A stretch of 33,104 nt of DNA from a virus (IMGVR_UViG_3300035562_000036:1-33104), one strand, 5' to 3'; shown: positions 6,402 to 15,990, counted from the stretch's first letter. The notes: generated from the sequence alone by a model not told the origin. Numbers and translations are program-made.

Positions 6402-9067
6402 GCTTAGAAACTCGGGGCCGTAAGGCTCCAACCCCGCCAAAACCCTATCCCGGAAACGCTGAAACGTTTACCGGGGTTTACGCATGGAATGCGCCACGTG
6501 CGGCCATTGAGCCGCCGCCAGGTCTTATTCGTAAAGACGAGCTCGCAAGGCTCAGGATTGCTGAACAGTTGGCCCATGCTCAGGCGACGCTTAACCGTCA
6601 ACCTGGCCTTGTGCAGCGCCTGGTTCGCGGAAAGATGGATTGGATAGAGCGGAGTACAAAAACCAAAATTGAAGGGATTCGGCGAGCCAATAACTTTTTG
6701 GTGAAAACATTCATCAAGAGGGTAATGCCACGCCTGAACCTGATAAACGATCGCATGGCGGTATCCGTCCAGGCCATTGATACCGCACTGTTGGCGAAGG
6801 CTTTCAACGGTCTGCCAAGCGGTGGCCGCAAAAGTACCGAAACGCTGGCACGCGCTATCACCGATTTTATTAGAAGTGAGATCGAGCTGATTATCGGTGA
6901 CGATGAATTTACCCTCACCAGCTACGATGAGGTACCTAGCGAGGTATACGCCCAGCGGTTACTTGATGCCTACAGCCGGGCAGCAGTGATCACCCGGCGA
7001 TTTCGCCGGTCACCGCCTGGCCAAGCCACCTTTGCCAAGGCGGATATCAATGATGATGATATTGGCGATACTCTCGACAAACTAGTCGGCGATATTTTCC
7101 GCATGTGCAGCGAAAAATGGTGGCTTAACCAGCTCACTACCCATGCCAAGCGGTGGCGCGAAGGGCTTTTTATCGCGTTGGCCGAAGTCAGCAAGAAAAA
7201 GGGCAAGACGGCCTATGCTAGTCATGACGCCCGTTGCAATCACCGTGAACAAAAGCGGCGCAACCATGAGTTTCTGAAAGATAGGGAACTGGAAGACGAG
7301 GACGGCGAGCGCACCTCACTGATTGATAAAGTCTATGCGAGTGTGGCCAACCCGACAATCCGGCGTCATGAACTGATGGTGCGTGTGCGTGGCTATGAAG
7401 AGGTTGCCGATCAGCTGGGTTATGAAGGCTTGTTCCTGACGCTGACCGCGCCATCGCGATACCACGCCACCACCCGGCACGGTTACCACAATCATAAATG
7501 GTGCGGCGCGTTACCTAATGAAACGCAGCGCTATTTTACGAGTATGTGGGAAAAGATACGCGCCAAGCTGGGCCGCAAGGGATTGGGGTATTTTGGTGTG
7601 CGTGTGACCGAGGCCCACCATGATGGGACGCCGCACTGGCATATGTTGCTTTTCATTCATCCCGATAACCGCGCGGCCATTCTTGGGATTGTTGAGGAAT
7701 ACGCTCATGCTGATGATAGCGGCGAGCTGATCAACGATCGTGCCCGCAAGGCCCGTTTCCATTGTGAAGTCATCGATAAGAAAAAGGGGTCGGCAACCGG
7801 ATACATTGCCAAATACATTTCGAAGAATATCGACGGTTACGCCCTGGACGGTTTGCTTGACGATGAAACACATAAGCCAATGACGGAAAGTGCCAGGGCG
7901 ATCGGTGCATGGGCCTCTCTCTGGGGCATTCGGCAATTTCAGTTTCTGGGCTGCGTCCCGGTATCCCCTTGGCGCGAACTGCGCCAACTCAACGATCACG
8001 ATATGGCAATGGGCCTTAGCGTCGAGTGCGCCATTGTACATGATGCTGCCAATAAACCCGATTGGGCGGGGTATGTCATGGCGCAGGGCGGCCCATTCGT
8101 CAGGCGAATCGATCTAACAGTCCGCCCCTGGTACGAAAAACGAGAGCAACCCAATGACTACGGCGAGGTCGTCAAACGTATACGCGGTGTTTACATGCCG
8201 GAGATCGGAGAGGGTTGCCCGATTGTCACCCACGTTAAAGAGTACAAAATTGTCCCTAAAAAGCGTACCGACGACGATGAAGCCAAGGTGCCGGGTTTGG
8301 CCGTTGACCGTCAGGGCGCTTCTGCGCCCCCTCGGAGTACTGTCAATAACTGTACGGGGTCACAAGAAATTAACAATTCGGCCCCGGAGGGTGCCGCGCC
8401 GGATGGGAGTATTGACCACGATTTCACGCGCATGACGCAACAGGAACGGCGGGCATTGCTTCAACGTTTGCGCAGCAATCTCCCGATTAAGATGGAAAAC
8501 CCCCTGATGCAAATGGTGCAGGCGTTGTCTATTCCGTTGACGGATGATGACTGGCCAAGGGTAAAAGCCGCAGCCAGCCCGCCAGGTGTCTGGTCAGCTA
8601 AAGTGAACACTGAACGGGAAGCTGCCGCACGCACCGGCTATAAAGTTGCGTTACAGTGGGAGGAGCAACAAGGGGGGACGGCCCGCCAAGAAACAGCCGG
8701 TGAAGCCATGTTGGCCCGTGAGTTAAGCCCATTGGAATACCAGCTTGATGGTTTTGCCTGTTCAATCGGGTTATCGCTGACGACAGCACAATTGAAAGCG
8801 CTGGCCGCTGGCGCGGTGTTGTCGGTTGGTGGTTTGCGCTATCGGGCCCGTGTTGATGGTTGCCTATACCAGGAAAAAACCGCTGATGCGACCGATCCAT
8901 TGGGCAAACTGAATGCATTGTGGGAGCGTCGGGTGTCGTCGCAGTTGCGCCAGGTCGGGGAACACCTCAGAAAAGAGGCTGGCATTCCGCCGCAGAGCTC
9001 ACGTGAAAGGCATAATGCACTGACCGAGGAGGCCGAAAGGCAATGCAATTACCGTATGATTATATAG
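6398..9067 (+). CDS. Rolling-circle replication endonuclease gpA
   Basis: LTLTAPSRYH, EAHHDGTPHWH (HUH), GYIAKYISKNIDG (two catalytic Tyr), WGIRQFQF. Confidence 0.97.
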   Translation: MSLETRGRKAPTPPKPYPGNAETFTGVYAWNAPRAAIEPPPGLIRKDELARLRIAEQLAHAQATLNRQPGLVQRLVRGKMDWIERSTKTKIEGIRRANNFLVKTFIKRVMPRLNLINDRMAVSVQAIDTALLAKAFNGLPSGGRKSTETLARAITDFIRSEIELIIGDDEFTLTSYDEVPSEVYAQRLLDAYSRAAVITRRFRRSPPGQATFAKADINDDDIGDTLDKLVGDIFRMCSEKWWLNQLTTHAKRWREGLFIALAEVSKKKGKTAYASHDARCNHREQKRRNHEFLKDRELEDEDGERTSLIDKVYASVANPTIRRHELMVRVRGYEEVADQLGYEGLFLTLTAPSRYHATTRHGYHNHKWCGALPNETQRYFTSMWEKIRAKLGRKGLGYFGVRVTEAHHDGTPHWHMLLFIHPDNRAAILGIVEEYAHADDSGELINDRARKARFHCEVIDKKKGSATGYIAKYISKNIDGYALDGLLDDETHKPMTESARAIGAWASLWGIRQFQFLGCVPVSPWRELRQLNDHDMAMGLSVECAIVHDAANKPDWAGYVMAQGGPFVRRIDLTVRPWYEKREQPNDYGEVVKRIRGVYMPEIGEGCPIVTHVKEYKIVPKKRTDDDEAKVPGLAVDRQGASAPPRSTVNNCTGSQEINNSAPEGAAPDGSIDHDFTRMTQQERRALLQRLRSNLPIKMENPLMQMVQALSIPLTDDDWPRVKAAASPPGVWSAKVNTEREAAARTGYKVALQWEEQQGGTARQETAGEAMLARELSPLEYQLDGFACSIGLSLTTAQLKALAAGAVLSVGGLRYRARVDGCLYQEKTADATDPLGKLNALWERRVSSQLRQVGEHLRKEAGIPPQSSRERHNALTEEAERQCNYRMII
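8324..8353 (+). other. Replication origin (gpA nick site) inside gene A
   Basis: GCGCCCCCTCGGAGTACTGTCAATAACTGT matches the P2 ori (GCGCCTCG/GAGTCCTGTCAATAACTGT) as recalled. Confidence 0.8.
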
Positions 9068-9089
9068 TGGGATTATCAGGTGTGGCCAT

Positions 9090-9356
9090 ATGAACGATAA
9101 GGTAGTTGCGGTGAAATTAATTACCGGCAGTTCGTGGAGTAACCACGGTTGGAAGACTGCCCGCTGTATTTATGATGACAGCATTATTGTTGAAGGGAAT
9201 ATCTTCCCCTATGCCTGTGAAGGAGGATATGCCCAGATTGTTTCCTTCGACTGGGTTATGCAAGAGAAGGATTATCAACACTGCTATCTCACTTTTAAAC
9301 CCATGACAGCCTATGACATAACGCGCTGGGAACAGAATAACGGCCCTGCCATTTAA
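9090..9356 (+). CDS. Hypothetical cargo protein (88 aa)
   Basis: Non-overlapping ORF between gpA and ogr/portal, AGGTG SD-like motif; no recognisable family. Confidence 0.65.
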   Translation: MNDKVVAVKLITGSSWSNHGWKTARCIYDDSIIVEGNIFPYACEGGYAQIVSFDWVMQEKDYQHCYLTFKPMTAYDITRWEQNNGPAI

Positions 9357-9422
9357 ACCAATAACCCATTAACTTATTAAGCTAATAGCTTGGTGTGTTA
9401 ATGGGTTGGCCATGCGGCCAGC

Positions 9423-9452
9423 AAAAGAAAACCCCGCTTTCGCGGGGTTCTT
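9423..9452. terminator. Bidirectional terminator between the convergent early and portal-ogr units
   Basis: AACCCCGC-TTTC-GCGGGGTT with flanking A and T tracts. Confidence 0.85.
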
Positions 9453-9453
9453 G

Positions 9454-9720
9454 TTATCCGGCATGACCTTGCAGCAGGTCTAACGCCATTTGCCGTTCAT
9501 CCGGTCGCAACCTTTCCAACAGTGCTTTGATCAACCCTTTACCTTCCAGGCCGCTGGGGGTGATAGCATGCGACCACGTCACATTAAATACCCCGGTTTC
9601 GCTGCATTCAACGTTGGTGCAGGTGCAATACAGGTCAGCAAATTGCGGTGTTTTCCATACTGATTTGCGGATATGCATCCGCGCGCCGCACTTGCTGCAC
9701 GTAATTTTCAGTTGCGCCAT
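9454..9720 (-). CDS. ogr: Ogr/Delta-family late transcription activator (start probably 9720; ORF open to 9786)
   Basis: CSKC-x22-CTNVEC zinc finger followed by the HAITPSG motif. Confidence 0.9.
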   Translation of the reverse strand: MAQLKITCSKCGARMHIRKSVWKTPQFADLYCTCTNVECSETGVFNVTWSHAITPSGLEGKGLIKALLERLRPDERQMALDLLQGHAG

Positions 9721-9782
9721 ACCGTATCCCTCAAAACTGCGCCGTTCTTGCAGGGATTTTAGCACTTTCCGCCTGTTATTTC

Positions 9783-10889
9783 TCATGCAGCCCCCGATTC
9801 GCCCGGCGTGATGACCACTTCATTGCGTGACGGCTGTGTGACCGGCAACCCCCGGCTGTCGATGCCGGTGAATTGCAGATGCAGATGTTTGGGGATCTCC
9901 GGGTCATGGTTGATTGCGCTGGCAAACATACGCTGCAACGGAATGACTTCATCCTGGCGGTACGTATTCCGCGCTATTTCCGGGCTGCTCATCACGGCCC
10001 CGTTGGTGGGGATAATACCCGCCAGACCCGCGGGGAAGCGGTGCGCCGTCAGCACGTCCTGGGCGCTAATATTCTTGATGTTGGCAAATTCATCTTTCAC
10101 GCCCACATCGCCGATCGGGATGAACTGCACCCCTTTTTCGCCACCGTCTGCAATGTTGATAAACATCATCTTGAAGTTGCCGACGCCCTTTGATTCTTCG
10201 ATTTTCTTGGCGATATCGTCTTCCATCTCATCGGTGAGGTTTGGGTCAGTGGTGTAAATGATCCCCCCGGTATGTGCCCCGTTGTGGTAGTAGCGACGTC
10301 GGAAAATGGTGGCCTCAGTGTTCAGTAAGGCGCTGTGCATGCCACCGATATAGTCCGGCAGTCCGTAGACCTGCTGCTGCGGATCGTACTGCTTTAAAAA
10401 AATCACGTCCTGCGCCGGATAGACCAGAGACGGCCCTTTCTGCAATACGGCAAAATCGCCATCCTTGCGGCGGCGCACATACAGCGCAGGCAGTGGCACC
10501 AGGTCGACCACGTCGCCCCAGCCGTTACGGACTTTCAGGATTGCGGTATCGCCGAACAAGTGAAAATCATAGGCCGATTGCCCCATTTCGCCCAGGCTGA
10601 GCCCACCGCCGATATAGTCGCTGACCACCATATTTTTGCGGGCGTACAGTACCCCACCGTGCTGGCCGCACATGTTGGCAAGCTGCGCCAGGGCCAGCCG
10701 GTCGATCGGTTGCCGCCAGTGGTCGTAGGTGTTGTCGTACCAGATTTCGTGATACTGGGTGCCCTGGGTTAACACCGGCATTGGTGTGTCTGTGGTCACG
10801 ATACTGAATGTGCCACGGCGCGCCGGGACGGTAGGCGCTGCGCTGCTGTGCTGTCGGGTGTTTTTGTGCTGCCGTTTGCGTTTGCTCAT
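9783..10889 (-). CDS. Portal protein (PBSX/P2 gpQ family)
   Basis: YDPQQQVYGLPDY, FRRRYYHNGAHTG, KDEFANIKNISAQDVLTAHRFP. Confidence 0.96.
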   Translation of the reverse strand: MSKRKRQHKNTRQHSSAAPTVPARRGTFSIVTTDTPMPVLTQGTQYHEIWYDNTYDHWRQPIDRLALAQLANMCGQHGGVLYARKNMVVSDYIGGGLSLGEMGQSAYDFHLFGDTAILKVRNGWGDVVDLVPLPALYVRRRKDGDFAVLQKGPSLVYPAQDVIFLKQYDPQQQVYGLPDYIGGMHSALLNTEATIFRRRYYHNGAHTGGIIYTTDPNLTDEMEDDIAKKIEESKGVGNFKMMFINIADGGEKGVQFIPIGDVGVKDEFANIKNISAQDVLTAHRFPAGLAGIIPTNGAVMSSPEIARNTYRQDEVIPLQRMFASAINHDPEIPKHLHLQFTGIDSRGLPVTQPSRNEVVITPGESGAA

Positions 10890-12744
10890 CGTGCTTTCCT
10901 GTAAATCGTTTGGCCCAGCGTGACTTACGCTTGCGCTCGTTGTTGAGGGGTTCGTTGATCACTGCGTGGCTGATGGCGAAGAATTTATCAGCATGGCCGG
11001 TATCGGCACTGCGATCGGCGACAAACGTCATGGCCCCGCCGCTCTTGGTGGTGGTGTGGTGGATAGCCATAAAGCTGGCGGCGATACCTTTATCCTGGTT
11101 GTCCCAGGCAATACGTTTGTGCTCGACCACGTCGATCATCTTCATGACCAGGCGGTTTTTGCTTTCCAGGCTGTAATGAATGGCGGTAGCTTCCCGGCGC
11201 GCAAATTCCTGCACCATCTCAAACACCGGTCCGCCGATACCGGTGGTATCAATGCCGATATGGGTGATGTTGTAGCGGGTCATGTACTCTTTGATGCGCC
11301 CGACCTGGTATTTGAAGTTGAAGCCGTGCCAGGTTTCGACGTGCAGGACGCGGAACGGTTCGCCCTCGACCAGTGGCGGGGCGACCAGGACGAATGACGC
11401 GGTATCCCCGGTACGGGCCGGGTCATACCCTGCCCAGACTTCCCGGTTGCCAAAGGGCCTCATAGCCTTGATATCGTGATCGTCCCAGGTGGACACGTCA
11501 GCCAGACATTTTTCCAGTTGGTCAAAGCGGAAGACGCAATCGCCGGTATCGACAAACTGGCACATGTACAGCTGATTGAAGGCACTCCCGCTGTTTTCTT
11601 CAATGATTTCTTCCAGGTCAATCAACACCCGGGTTGGGTCGCCGGTCGCATCGGCCACCGCCTGCATATCGGCGACGGCGGTTTCTACCGTGGTGATATA
11701 GCGCCAGTGGTTATCCGGGCACATGGCCCCGCGTTGCATCTGCTCGAAGGTCGGGAACTCGATATTTTCGCGCGCGGCTTTGCCTTTTTTCCACTCGTCA
11801 CCCGTCCAGAACGGGTAAGCCTGATGCGTTTTGGCACTGGGTGTTGAGATATACGTTCGGCGCAGGTGGGTATGGGTGGCGATGGCCCCGGCGACCTTTT
11901 TCAGTTCGGTAAAGCCGCGTTGCCAGAAAATCTCGTCAATATAGACGTTGGCGCAAAAGCCCTGGGCGGTGTTGCTGTTGGTCGACAGGAAATGCAGTTC
12001 AGCCCCGTTGCTGAGCACAATAGGGTCACCCTTGAGCTCAATGCCGAACATCTCAAAGGCAAAGCGCACGATATAGCGGCGGAATATCAGTGACTGAGGC
12101 CGGGAGGCAGAGAGAAACGCCTGATTGTTGCCGGTCAAAATCGCGTCTTCCAGTGCTTCAAATGCCGCGTACCAGGTCGCGCCGATCTGGCGCGATTTTA
12201 GCCAAATGCGGTTGCGGTGCTTTTTGGCCTCGCGCAACGTTTTCTGATAACCGAACAGACCGCTGATGAAGTCGCTAAAGTCAGCCTCACCGATGCCCGA
12301 AATGTCGTTGCGCTTACGGCGGCGTTTACTGCCGCGGGCCTCGTCATTTCCCTCATCGGCGATTGCTTCTATCACGCCGCCCGCCCCCTCAGCCCGGATG
12401 CCTCGTGCGGCGGCTTCCAGGTTCATGGCGTGGATTTTTTCCGCATGCTTATGGCGGCTGACAATCAGCTTTGCATGCAGATCGATATATTTATCCAGCT
12501 CTTTGAGCTCGGCGTCATTCTTGTTGGCTTTATCGACCAGCACCGCGGCGCGGCGATTAATCACCGATTCCAGGTCTTCTTCACTGAGTAGGCTACGCCA
12601 GCCGAATTTATCCGCCCAATAGTAAATCACCCGCGTTGAATTCAAATTTAATTCAGCGGCAATTTCCTGAGCCGTCCAGCGCTTTAGATATAATGAGCGG
12701 GCGACGGTGATTAATTCTTCTGGGTATTTTGATTTTTTGGTCAT
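10567..12744 (-). CDS. Terminase large (ATPase) subunit, P2 gpP family, with a long C-terminal overlap into portal
   Basis: KSRQIGATW Walker A, VYIDE Walker B, GYDPAR, IGIDTTGIG and GHAD nuclease motifs. Confidence 0.95.
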   Translation of the reverse strand: MTKKSKYPEELITVARSLYLKRWTAQEIAAELNLNSTRVIYYWADKFGWRSLLSEEDLESVINRRAAVLVDKANKNDAELKELDKYIDLHAKLIVSRHKHAEKIHAMNLEAAARGIRAEGAGGVIEAIADEGNDEARGSKRRRKRNDISGIGEADFSDFISGLFGYQKTLREAKKHRNRIWLKSRQIGATWYAAFEALEDAILTGNNQAFLSASRPQSLIFRRYIVRFAFEMFGIELKGDPIVLSNGAELHFLSTNSNTAQGFCANVYIDEIFWQRGFTELKKVAGAIATHTHLRRTYISTPSAKTHQAYPFWTGDEWKKGKAARENIEFPTFEQMQRGAMCPDNHWRYITTVETAVADMQAVADATGDPTRVLIDLEEIIEENSGSAFNQLYMCQFVDTGDCVFRFDQLEKCLADVSTWDDHDIKAMRPFGNREVWAGYDPARTGDTASFVLVAPPLVEGEPFRVLHVETWHGFNFKYQVGRIKEYMTRYNITHIGIDTTGIGGPVFEMVQEFARREATAIHYSLESKNRLVMKMIDVVEHKRIAWDNQDKGIAASFMAIHHTTTKSGGAMTFVADRSADTGHADKFFAISHAVINEPLNNERKRKSRWAKRFTGKHDEQTQTAAQKHPTAQQRSAYRPGAPWHIQYRDHRHTNAGVNPGHPVSRNLVRQHLRPLAATDRPAGPGAACQHVRPARWGTVRPQKYGGQRLYRRWAQPGRNGAIGL

Positions 12745-12923
12745 GCCGTCATTATGGCGGCTTTGTTTATTGCCAATGAGCAGTAAATATCGGAATTAAT
12801 CGCAATGGGACACTATTACGAATGAATAAGAATGTGAGTGCGTGAAATAGTAAATTCATTCCGTAATACTGCTTCGAGTTAATATTATCCCCACGCCAGC
12901 AAAATTAATGAAGAAGGTTAATT
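12745..12923. promoter_or_regulatory. Divergent late promoter region
   Basis: AT-rich gap between divergent terminase and scaffold genes (P2 P/O arrangement). Imperfect inverted repeat 12814-12827/12854-12868. Confidence 0.6.
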
Positions 12924-13862
12924 ATGTCCGGTTCACAACTGACAACCAGTTTTATCCGTATTGCCACCGAGGGTAAAACCGTTGATGGCCGCACAATTGA
13001 TGCTCAATGGCTTATCGATATGGCCGAGAGTTATGACACTAACGTCTATACGGCGCTGATTTGGCCTGAACATGATCGGTGGTGGGGCAGTCATGGCGAA
13101 GTCCAGGAACTGAAAGCCGAAGAAGAAGACGGCCTGATGCGTCTGTATGCCCGCCTGTGTCCCAGCATGGATTTGATGTATGCCAACCGCAATGGGCAGC
13201 TCCTTTTTTGTTCCATTGAACCTTCGGAAACGCTGGATTTTTGCGATACCGGAAAACCCTACCTTGAAGGGCTGGGCGTGACCAGTTCCCCCGCCAGTAT
13301 TGGCACCGAGCGTTTGCGGTTCAGTTCAAAAAGAGATGGCCGGACGTATGGCTCATGGGAGCCGTTAGTTATCAGTGATGTCGCCGACACCAAGGAATTT
13401 TCTATGTCTACTCAAGACTCAAAAGCTAAAAAAACGCTGTTCCGCAGCCTGTTCAATATTCCTGAAAAAAAGGAAGAGCGCGCGCCAGCGAAACAGGAAA
13501 AACCGAAGTCCCGTTTATTCTCAGGCCGGAAATTCTCTGACGAGGATGTGCAGGTCATTATTGAAGCCGTTGCAGAATTACAGGATACGGTTGAAGAACA
13601 AACCGCAACCATTGAAGCGCAAGCCGCCGTTATTGCTGAAATTAAAGATAACGTGGTTGACGTAACGGAAATTAAAGACGCGCTGGAGTCCGTTCAGGGA
13701 GAAGTCACCGAAATTAAAGACGAGGTGACGGGCGGGGAGTTCAGCAAGCTGAAAGGGAAACTGAATAATGCCGAGAAAAAATTTAATAAACTCGACGCCG
13801 TTACCACAAAACTCCCCGACGTCGCCCCTGGTGCAACCAGCGGTAAAAATTACGCATTCTGA
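12924..13862 (+). CDS. Capsid scaffolding protein/protease (gpO family)
   Basis: IATEGKTVDGRTI, YLEGLGVTSSPASIGTERLRF, coiled-coil C-terminus. Confidence 0.95.
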   Translation: MSGSQLTTSFIRIATEGKTVDGRTIDAQWLIDMAESYDTNVYTALIWPEHDRWWGSHGEVQELKAEEEDGLMRLYARLCPSMDLMYANRNGQLLFCSIEPSETLDFCDTGKPYLEGLGVTSSPASIGTERLRFSSKRDGRTYGSWEPLVISDVADTKEFSMSTQDSKAKKTLFRSLFNIPEKKEERAPAKQEKPKSRLFSGRKFSDEDVQVIIEAVAELQDTVEEQTATIEAQAAVIAEIKDNVVDVTEIKDALESVQGEVTEIKDEVTGGEFSKLKGKLNNAEKKFNKLDAVTTKLPDVAPGATSGKNYAF

Positions 13863-13944
13863 TTTACGGTTAATAAAACCGGAACAGCATGAATTAAATC
13901 GTCATTGCGGTAAGCGCCTTGACAAATAACTGAGACTATCCGCC

Positions 13945-15114
13945 ATGCCAATGAATAAATTGTATGAGCTGACGCAGGCTTACGCCAAAAAAATCGGCGA
14001 GGCCAGTGGCGCTAATTTAAATTCACTGCCGATCGGTACCAACGGTATCGGCCGCTTCAGTATCAGTCCGCCACAGGAAAGCGCCTTACGACTGGCGCTG
14101 ATGGATTCCAACTGGTTCCTGCCGATGATCACCATGCGTGACGTGTCCCAAATCCGTGGTCAGGTCATTGATGTGGGTAACCCTGGCGTGTTCACTGGCC
14201 GCAATCCTGACAAGCGTTTCAGCAAGGACGTAGGGTTGTCCGGTAACGTTTACCAGTTGCATCCGACCGACTCCTGCGCCCGTCTGCCGTGGGAAACGTT
14301 GTCTGACTGGGTGCATGCAGGCACTACCGATGAAGAGTTCATCCAGTTGGTTGCCGAGTTCACCCTGCTGACATTCGCCAATGATATTGTCCGCGTTGGT
14401 TTCAATGGTACCCACGCGGCCACTGTTACCGACCTGACCAAGTTCCCTAACGGGGAAGATATTGCGCCCGGCTGGCATGCCATCGCGAAGAACTTCGACA
14501 AGATCCATGCTGACCCGACTACACCGGAAGAAGACCGCATCCCCGGCTTTACCCCGCGAGTGATCAATCCAGGCAAAGAGACGCTCACCTTAGGTGAAAA
14601 CGGCATCTTTAAAACGCTGGATGCAATGGCGTCATGGCTTATCAGCACCACCATTCCGCAGCAGTTCCAAAATGACCCTGCGCTGGTGCTGTTGATTGGT
14701 GCTGACCTGATTGCTGCCGAACAGTTCCGTCTGTTCCAGGAAGCAGGCAAGCCGACAGAGAACATGGCCGCGCAGATGCTGGCAAACACAGTGACGGGTC
14801 GCCGCGTGTACGTTGCGCCGTTCCTGCCGGGTAAACGCATGGTCGCCACCACCCTGGCTAATTTGCACATCTACGCCCAGCGCAATCACCAGTACCGCCG
14901 TGCCGAACATATTCAGGATCGCATGGGCTTTGAGAACGCCTGGTGGCGTAACCAGGGTTATGCGCTCGGTCACCCAATGATGTACGGCGCGATTGATGAA
15001 GAAGCGGTGAAGATTGAAGCCGAGGCCGATATTGACGCGGCGCGCCTGGCGGGCCTCATTCCGAAAGTGGGCGATGAAGGCGAAGGCGAAAAACTCGATA
15101 AGACCGAAGTGTAA
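13945..15114 (+). CDS. Major capsid protein (P2 gpN family)
   Basis: FSISPPQE, DIVRVGFNGTHAA, PNGEDIAPGW, APFLPG; position after gpO. Confidence 0.95.
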   Translation: MPMNKLYELTQAYAKKIGEASGANLNSLPIGTNGIGRFSISPPQESALRLALMDSNWFLPMITMRDVSQIRGQVIDVGNPGVFTGRNPDKRFSKDVGLSGNVYQLHPTDSCARLPWETLSDWVHAGTTDEEFIQLVAEFTLLTFANDIVRVGFNGTHAATVTDLTKFPNGEDIAPGWHAIAKNFDKIHADPTTPEEDRIPGFTPRVINPGKETLTLGENGIFKTLDAMASWLISTTIPQQFQNDPALVLLIGADLIAAEQFRLFQEAGKPTENMAAQMLANTVTGRRVYVAPFLPGKRMVATTLANLHIYAQRNHQYRRAEHIQDRMGFENAWWRNQGYALGHPMMYGAIDEEAVKIEAEADIDAARLAGLIPKVGDEGEGEKLDKTEV

Positions 15115-15128
15115 ACAGGGGCAGGCTG

Positions 15129-15872
15129 ATGACATTCAATCCTTTGCGATACCGTGCCCAGGTGCTGGCGCAGGCAAGAACGCGCCCGACCCCTGATTCG
15201 GCAGCGCTACCGGATAACGCTGACAGCCTGCACCTGCAACTTTTGTCTCTTGAGCAGGATATCAAACGGTTACAGGCGTTACCCCGCACTGCTGACCGGG
15301 TTGCGCTGAAAGCGTCGGAGTTATTGCCCAAATGGTTGCCGTATGCCGATCGCTACCTGGCGGCGGAACGGATCTACATCTATCCGGTATTCGGCTACTG
15401 CGTTGTGTGGCTGTTTGATACCGGGGAGATCGATAAAGCACTGGACTGGGCAGATATTGCGATTAAGCAGCAACAGCCTACGCCTAACAACATCAAGCGG
15501 CAGTTTCCGGCGTTCGTCGCTGACTATGTCCTGGAATGGGCGATCGCCGAGGCGCAGGCAGGCCACAGCATTGAGCCGTATTTTTCCCGAACGTTTACTA
15601 ACGTGCGTGAAAACTGGCGATTGCACGAAAAAATCACGGCCAAATGGTTCAAGTTTGCCGGGGAATTGTTGCTTAGGGACAGGGACGGCAAGCCGGTAGC
15701 CAGCGCGATCGAGGACATTCCCACGCTGAAAAAGGCTAACGAGCTGTTGGCCCAGGCCGAAGGGTTCCATAAAAAGATTGGGGTAGAAACGCTACGCAAG
15801 CGCATTGCGTCCCGTATTCGTGCCCTGGAAAAGATTGCCGCCGATGAGGCGGATACTGACACCGCATCCTGA
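15129..15872 (+). CDS. Terminase small (endonuclease) subunit, gpM family
   Basis: LLPKWLPY, VWLFDTGEIDKAL, KIGVET motifs; position. Confidence 0.92.
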   Translation: MTFNPLRYRAQVLAQARTRPTPDSAALPDNADSLHLQLLSLEQDIKRLQALPRTADRVALKASELLPKWLPYADRYLAAERIYIYPVFGYCVVWLFDTGEIDKALDWADIAIKQQQPTPNNIKRQFPAFVADYVLEWAIAEAQAGHSIEPYFSRTFTNVRENWRLHEKITAKWFKFAGELLLRDRDGKPVASAIEDIPTLKKANELLAQAEGFHKKIGVETLRKRIASRIRALEKIAADEADTDTAS

Positions 15873-15990
15873 TTATCAGGGTGCAGTACCGACACCCGGC
15901 CAGCCGGGGCGGGCGGAGTGGAGGCCGTAGCGCTTAGCGTCTTACGGGCCGTGGAAACTCGTCAGCCCGCACCTGTAACGAGAGGGCAGC

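Noticed and set aside
7511-8918. Several antisense or alternative-frame ORFs inside gpA
   Set aside because: Shadow ORFs of a GC-rich coding region, with no motifs or SD support.
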